Below are positions 60,711-64,000 of a stretch of DNA of 64,000 nt, piece after piece. The stretch is from positions 382,408-446,407 of the forward strand of contig CAVUQU010000003.1 of assembly GCA_963743755.1 (NCBI GenBank), in the 5' to 3' direction. Position 1 is the stretch's first letter; each line of letters begins with the position of its first letter. Origin of the DNA: an uncultured bacterium (GTDB lineage: Bacteria > Acidobacteriota > Aminicenantia > Aminicenantales > Saccharicenantaceae). Position numbers and translations under genes: made by a program. The notes under the pieces were generated by a model, which had not been told where the DNA came from, made no database searches, and saw nothing but the letters and a program-made list of their open reading frames with translations.

Positions 60711-63402
60711 CTACAACTCGAAGCGGTAGGACACCTTGAGCATGAAGATGTTCAGGCCGCGGGCCCGGAAGAGATCGCCCATATCGCGCCAGAACTCGAA
60801 ATCCCCCGGGTGGGCATAGTCTTCCCGCTTCTGCGTCCAGACGAGATAGAGGATCGAACCCGGCCGGTACTCCCAGCGCAGCACGGCCGTCCCCCGCAGC
60901 GACTTGAGGTTGAAATCCGGATCGGCGAAGGTGAACGGCTCGGCCGGGCCCGCCGGCCCGTCGGGATCGGCCGTGTAGACGCCGTCCGCGAATGCGATGG
61001 TCGAATCCCCGTCGCCGTAGTAATCGAAGTCGAAGGTCCGCGCCGCGCGGAGCTCCTTGAACGCGCTGAAATCGCCCACGGCGAGGTAGGGCTGGAGGTA
61101 GGCCTGCAGGCTCAGCCGCGGCGTGAAGGTCCAGTCGATCCGCGTCTCGACGGGCAGCGTCTTCTGGACGACATCGGAGAGGACGTAGCGGACGCCGTAG
61201 GTCGAGGTCTTGAGCGGATCGACGACCCGTCGGACCCACTGCCCTTCCGAGTAGCGCCAGGTGTAGCTCGGCCCGACCGACAGGCTGAAGTTCGGGCTGG
61301 GCTTCCAGGTGATGCCCCCGCCGAGCGACCAGTTGTAGCCGCCGCTCGGATGATAGCGGTAGTACGCGCTGAATCGGGCGACGAGGGGCTTGCGGTCGTC
61401 TGTCTCCAGGGTGCCGCGCACGGTCTCCCCGGCCGGATAAAAGGCGATCGGCCCGCCCCGGGTCAGGTAGTGGCTGTACTTGGGCGGCTCGTAGTCGAGG
61501 TGGAGCGTCGCCGTCCAGTAGTTGAGGAACTTGCCCTTGCCGTCGAGGTAAATGTACTCGCCGATGCGGTTGCCGCCGAAATCGTAGTTCCGGTAATACG
61601 AGCCCGTGACCGTCCAGCTGCGGAAGACGCGGCCCGGCTGGAGGACCCGGTAGCCGGCCTCGAAGTGGCCGTTGACGACGTCGCCGCGCGTGTGGTACCC
61701 GAGGTCGTTGGCCTCGAAGCCCGGCGAGATGGCCCCGAGGGCGGCGTTGAAGACGACGTTGCCTTTCTGCTTGTTGACGTAAAGGCGCGCCGCCCAACCG
61801 GAGAGCGAGGTCGCGCTCTCGTCGACCTCGACCCAGTCGGCGTCGGGCCTCTGGAAATAGTGCAGGGACGAAAGCTGAAGCGCGGTGATGGCCTCGGCGC
61901 TGCCGCGGACCTCGGTCAGGCCGGCCCAGCCGGCCAGAGCCCAACCCCGGTCCCGATCGAGGAAGGTCCAGCCGTCGACGCCGAGGGCGAGGGCGCTCCG
62001 GCCGAGGGCCGCCTCGAGGTCCCCCTCCCGGAGGTCCCGCGCGACCGACGTGGCGATGAAGCCGAGGCCGCTCCTCCCCTCCCCGAACTCCTTGAGGCCC
62101 CGGGCGACGCCGTAGTGGCTGAAGGGCTCGACCTCGACCGTCGAACGGGCGCCGTCGACGTCGACGCGGGCGTACTCGCGCTCGGTCAGGGCGCTGATGA
62201 CGCCCAGGTTGAAGTCGCGGCCGATCTTCCCGGCGATCTTGGCCGCCGACAGGATGGTCGTCCAGTCGGGCGCGTCGAAGAAGCCCGCGCCGCCGGGCGA
62301 ACCCTGGGGCATGCGTCCGATGCGGCGACTGTAGAACATCTCGGGATTGTCCCAACCGAAGGAGCGGTAGACGTTGGGGCCGCCCCGGCCGAAGTCGAAA
62401 ATGCTCGCGCCCTCGACGAAGAAGGGCCGCTTTTCCTCGTAGTAGGTCTCTTCGTCGGTGATGTTGATGACGGCCGGGTCGACCTCGACCTGGCCGAAAT
62501 CGGGATTGACCGAGAGGTTCAGGGTCAGATTGCTGCTCAGCCCGCCCTCGAGATCGAAGCCGCCGCCGGCGCCGAGGTCGCGGCCGGTGCGGAAGGGGTT
62601 GCCCGGCTCCCCGGGGTAGAGTTCGGCCTGCGTCAGGCCGAAGGGCGATATCTCGAGCCGGCGGCCCGCGGCGATGCCCGCGAGTCCGGTGAGTTCGGCG
62701 AAGTTCGAGACGAGACCGCTCTCCTCCTTGGGCACCCAGGCGAAATGGCTCTCTTCGTTCTTCCGCTTGACCAGCCGCTGGAAGTTGATGCCCCAGAGAT
62801 TGACGTCCCGCCGCTTGAAGCGGAGCTGGTCGAAGGGGATGCGGATCTCGACGGTCCAGCCGAGGCCGTCGATCCGGGCGGCGCTCTCCCAGACGCCGTC
62901 CCAGGTCGCATCGAACTCCTCGTCGTTGGCGAGAGTGCCGTCCTCGATCGAGCCGGACGGATTGATGCCGAAATAGTAGCCGCTCCGGCGGTCGTGATAG
63001 GGGTCGAGGCCGACGTCGAACAGGTCGGATTCGGTCGTCTCGTCACGCCGCCCGAGGCGGCCGGTGATCCTGGCGGGCTCGGAATCGAACAGGCGGGCGG
63101 CGATATAGATGTTGTCGAGGTCGAAAGCCACCCAGACGGTCGTCGGTTCGGAGGCGGGCTGCCCGTCGGAAGGGTCGCGCTGGGTGAAATCGCCCGATCC
63201 CTGGCGTCTGCCAGACGCTTTCGGAGAGGACGCCGTCGACGGCGATGGGCCCGGTCGCGGGGACCGCGGCGATCGTCCGGACGGTGCGCGGGTCGTCGGG
63301 GCGCGGCCTTTCCTGTCCGGGCGCGCCGGCCGAAGAGGAGGGCAAAGTGACGAGCGCCGTAAGGGCGATGACGAGAATGGGGTTATTGGCGACGCGTCGC
63401 AT
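60711..63402 (-). CDS. DUF5916-type outer-membrane protein with N-terminal CBM9-like domain; frameshift near 63200
   Basis: Signal peptide; IAVDGVLSESVW, WDGVWES, EIRIPF, NPDFGQVEVD, EKRPFF, FYSRRIG; terminal beta-strand KVSYRF. Confidence 0.82.
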
Positions 63403-63551
63403 TCGGAATATGAGTGCTGATATATCAGTCACGGCGCCGGCCTGTCAAGAAGAGATCGGCATCCGCCGAAAGTCTCATCGAGGCTATTGCCAGCCCGGAC
63501 GATTGGGACGATAATCTTCACATAGGCACCGAGATCAGACAGGAGGTCGGC

Positions 63552-64000
63552 ATGAGCAACACCATGAAGAGACGCGAGTTCGTGAGGTCGGGAGTTCTCA
63601 TCGGGACCGCGGCGCTGGCCGGCGGGCTCCGGGGCCAACGGCAGCCCGATGCCAAGTCACCGAGGCTGGCCAGCCCCGATCTGGCCGTCGTCACGGGCGC
63701 CGACCGCGTCCTCGCCGTGAACAAGGGCCTCGAAGCGCTCGGCGGCATGAAGCGTTTCGTCAAGCCCGGTTCGACGGTCGGTCTCCTCGCCAACGCCCCG
63801 GCCTGGTGGACGAAGCCCGGCAGCCACACCCATCCCGACCTCACCCTGGCCGTCATCCTGGCCGCGCTCGCGGCGGGCGCAAAGGAAGTCCACTACCTCA
63901 TCGATCCGCTGCCGGGATACTGGAAGCGCTCGCCGCTCGCCGCTAAGTACGAAACGGAGCTCGGCGCCGTCCGGAAGTGCTCCAACGACTACGTCGCGAC
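63552..64000 (+). CDS. DUF362-family protein with Tat signal, 3' truncated by window edge
   Basis: AGGAGG RBS; MKRREFVR Tat motif; LEALGGMKRFVKPG...THPD...AGAKEV. Confidence 0.78.
   Translation, partial: MSNTMKRREFVRSGVLIGTAALAGGLRGQRQPDAKSPRLASPDLAVVTGADRVLAVNKGLEALGGMKRFVKPGSTVGLLANAPAWWTKPGSHTHPDLTLAVILAALAAGAKEVHYLIDPLPGYWKRSPLAAKYETELGAVRKCSNDYVA

Overview
High-GC bacterial chromosomal segment, probably from an Acidobacteriota/Candidatus Aminicenantes-like diderm anaerobe (inferred from gene content and style, not verified). It is mostly housekeeping and envelope genes: lysS-lolE-lolD-bamA-skp-fabZ, ribH-nusB, a LonC-type protease, rluB, rbsK, an AlaX-type editing protein, rnhC, efp, fabH, tatD-yajQ-polyprenyl synthase-CYTH, rpoZ, an NSS transporter, ptrB and tRNA-Lys(CTT). 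It also holds a DUF4160/DUF2442 toxin-antitoxin-like pair and a divergent copper-related island (a NosL/ABC cluster opposite FixH/YtkA-cusB-cusA). Many genes carry single-base frameshifts, most likely long-read assembly errors. The most unusual signal is non-coding: a set of 120-260 bp rod-like intergenic palindromic elements. Two clearly homologous copies (15596-15779 and, inverted, 18334-18506) have near-identical unpaired purine-rich loops and compensatorily co-varying stems. Other candidates are a serine-palmitoyltransferase-like gene back-to-back with an epimerase/reductase and fabH (possible sphingolipid locus, with lpxD/lpxA missing from the bamA operon), a nosZ-less NosL-ABC-Cys/His membrane-protein cluster, and several apparently leaderless genes. 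Product calls come from motif recognition by eye, not database searches.
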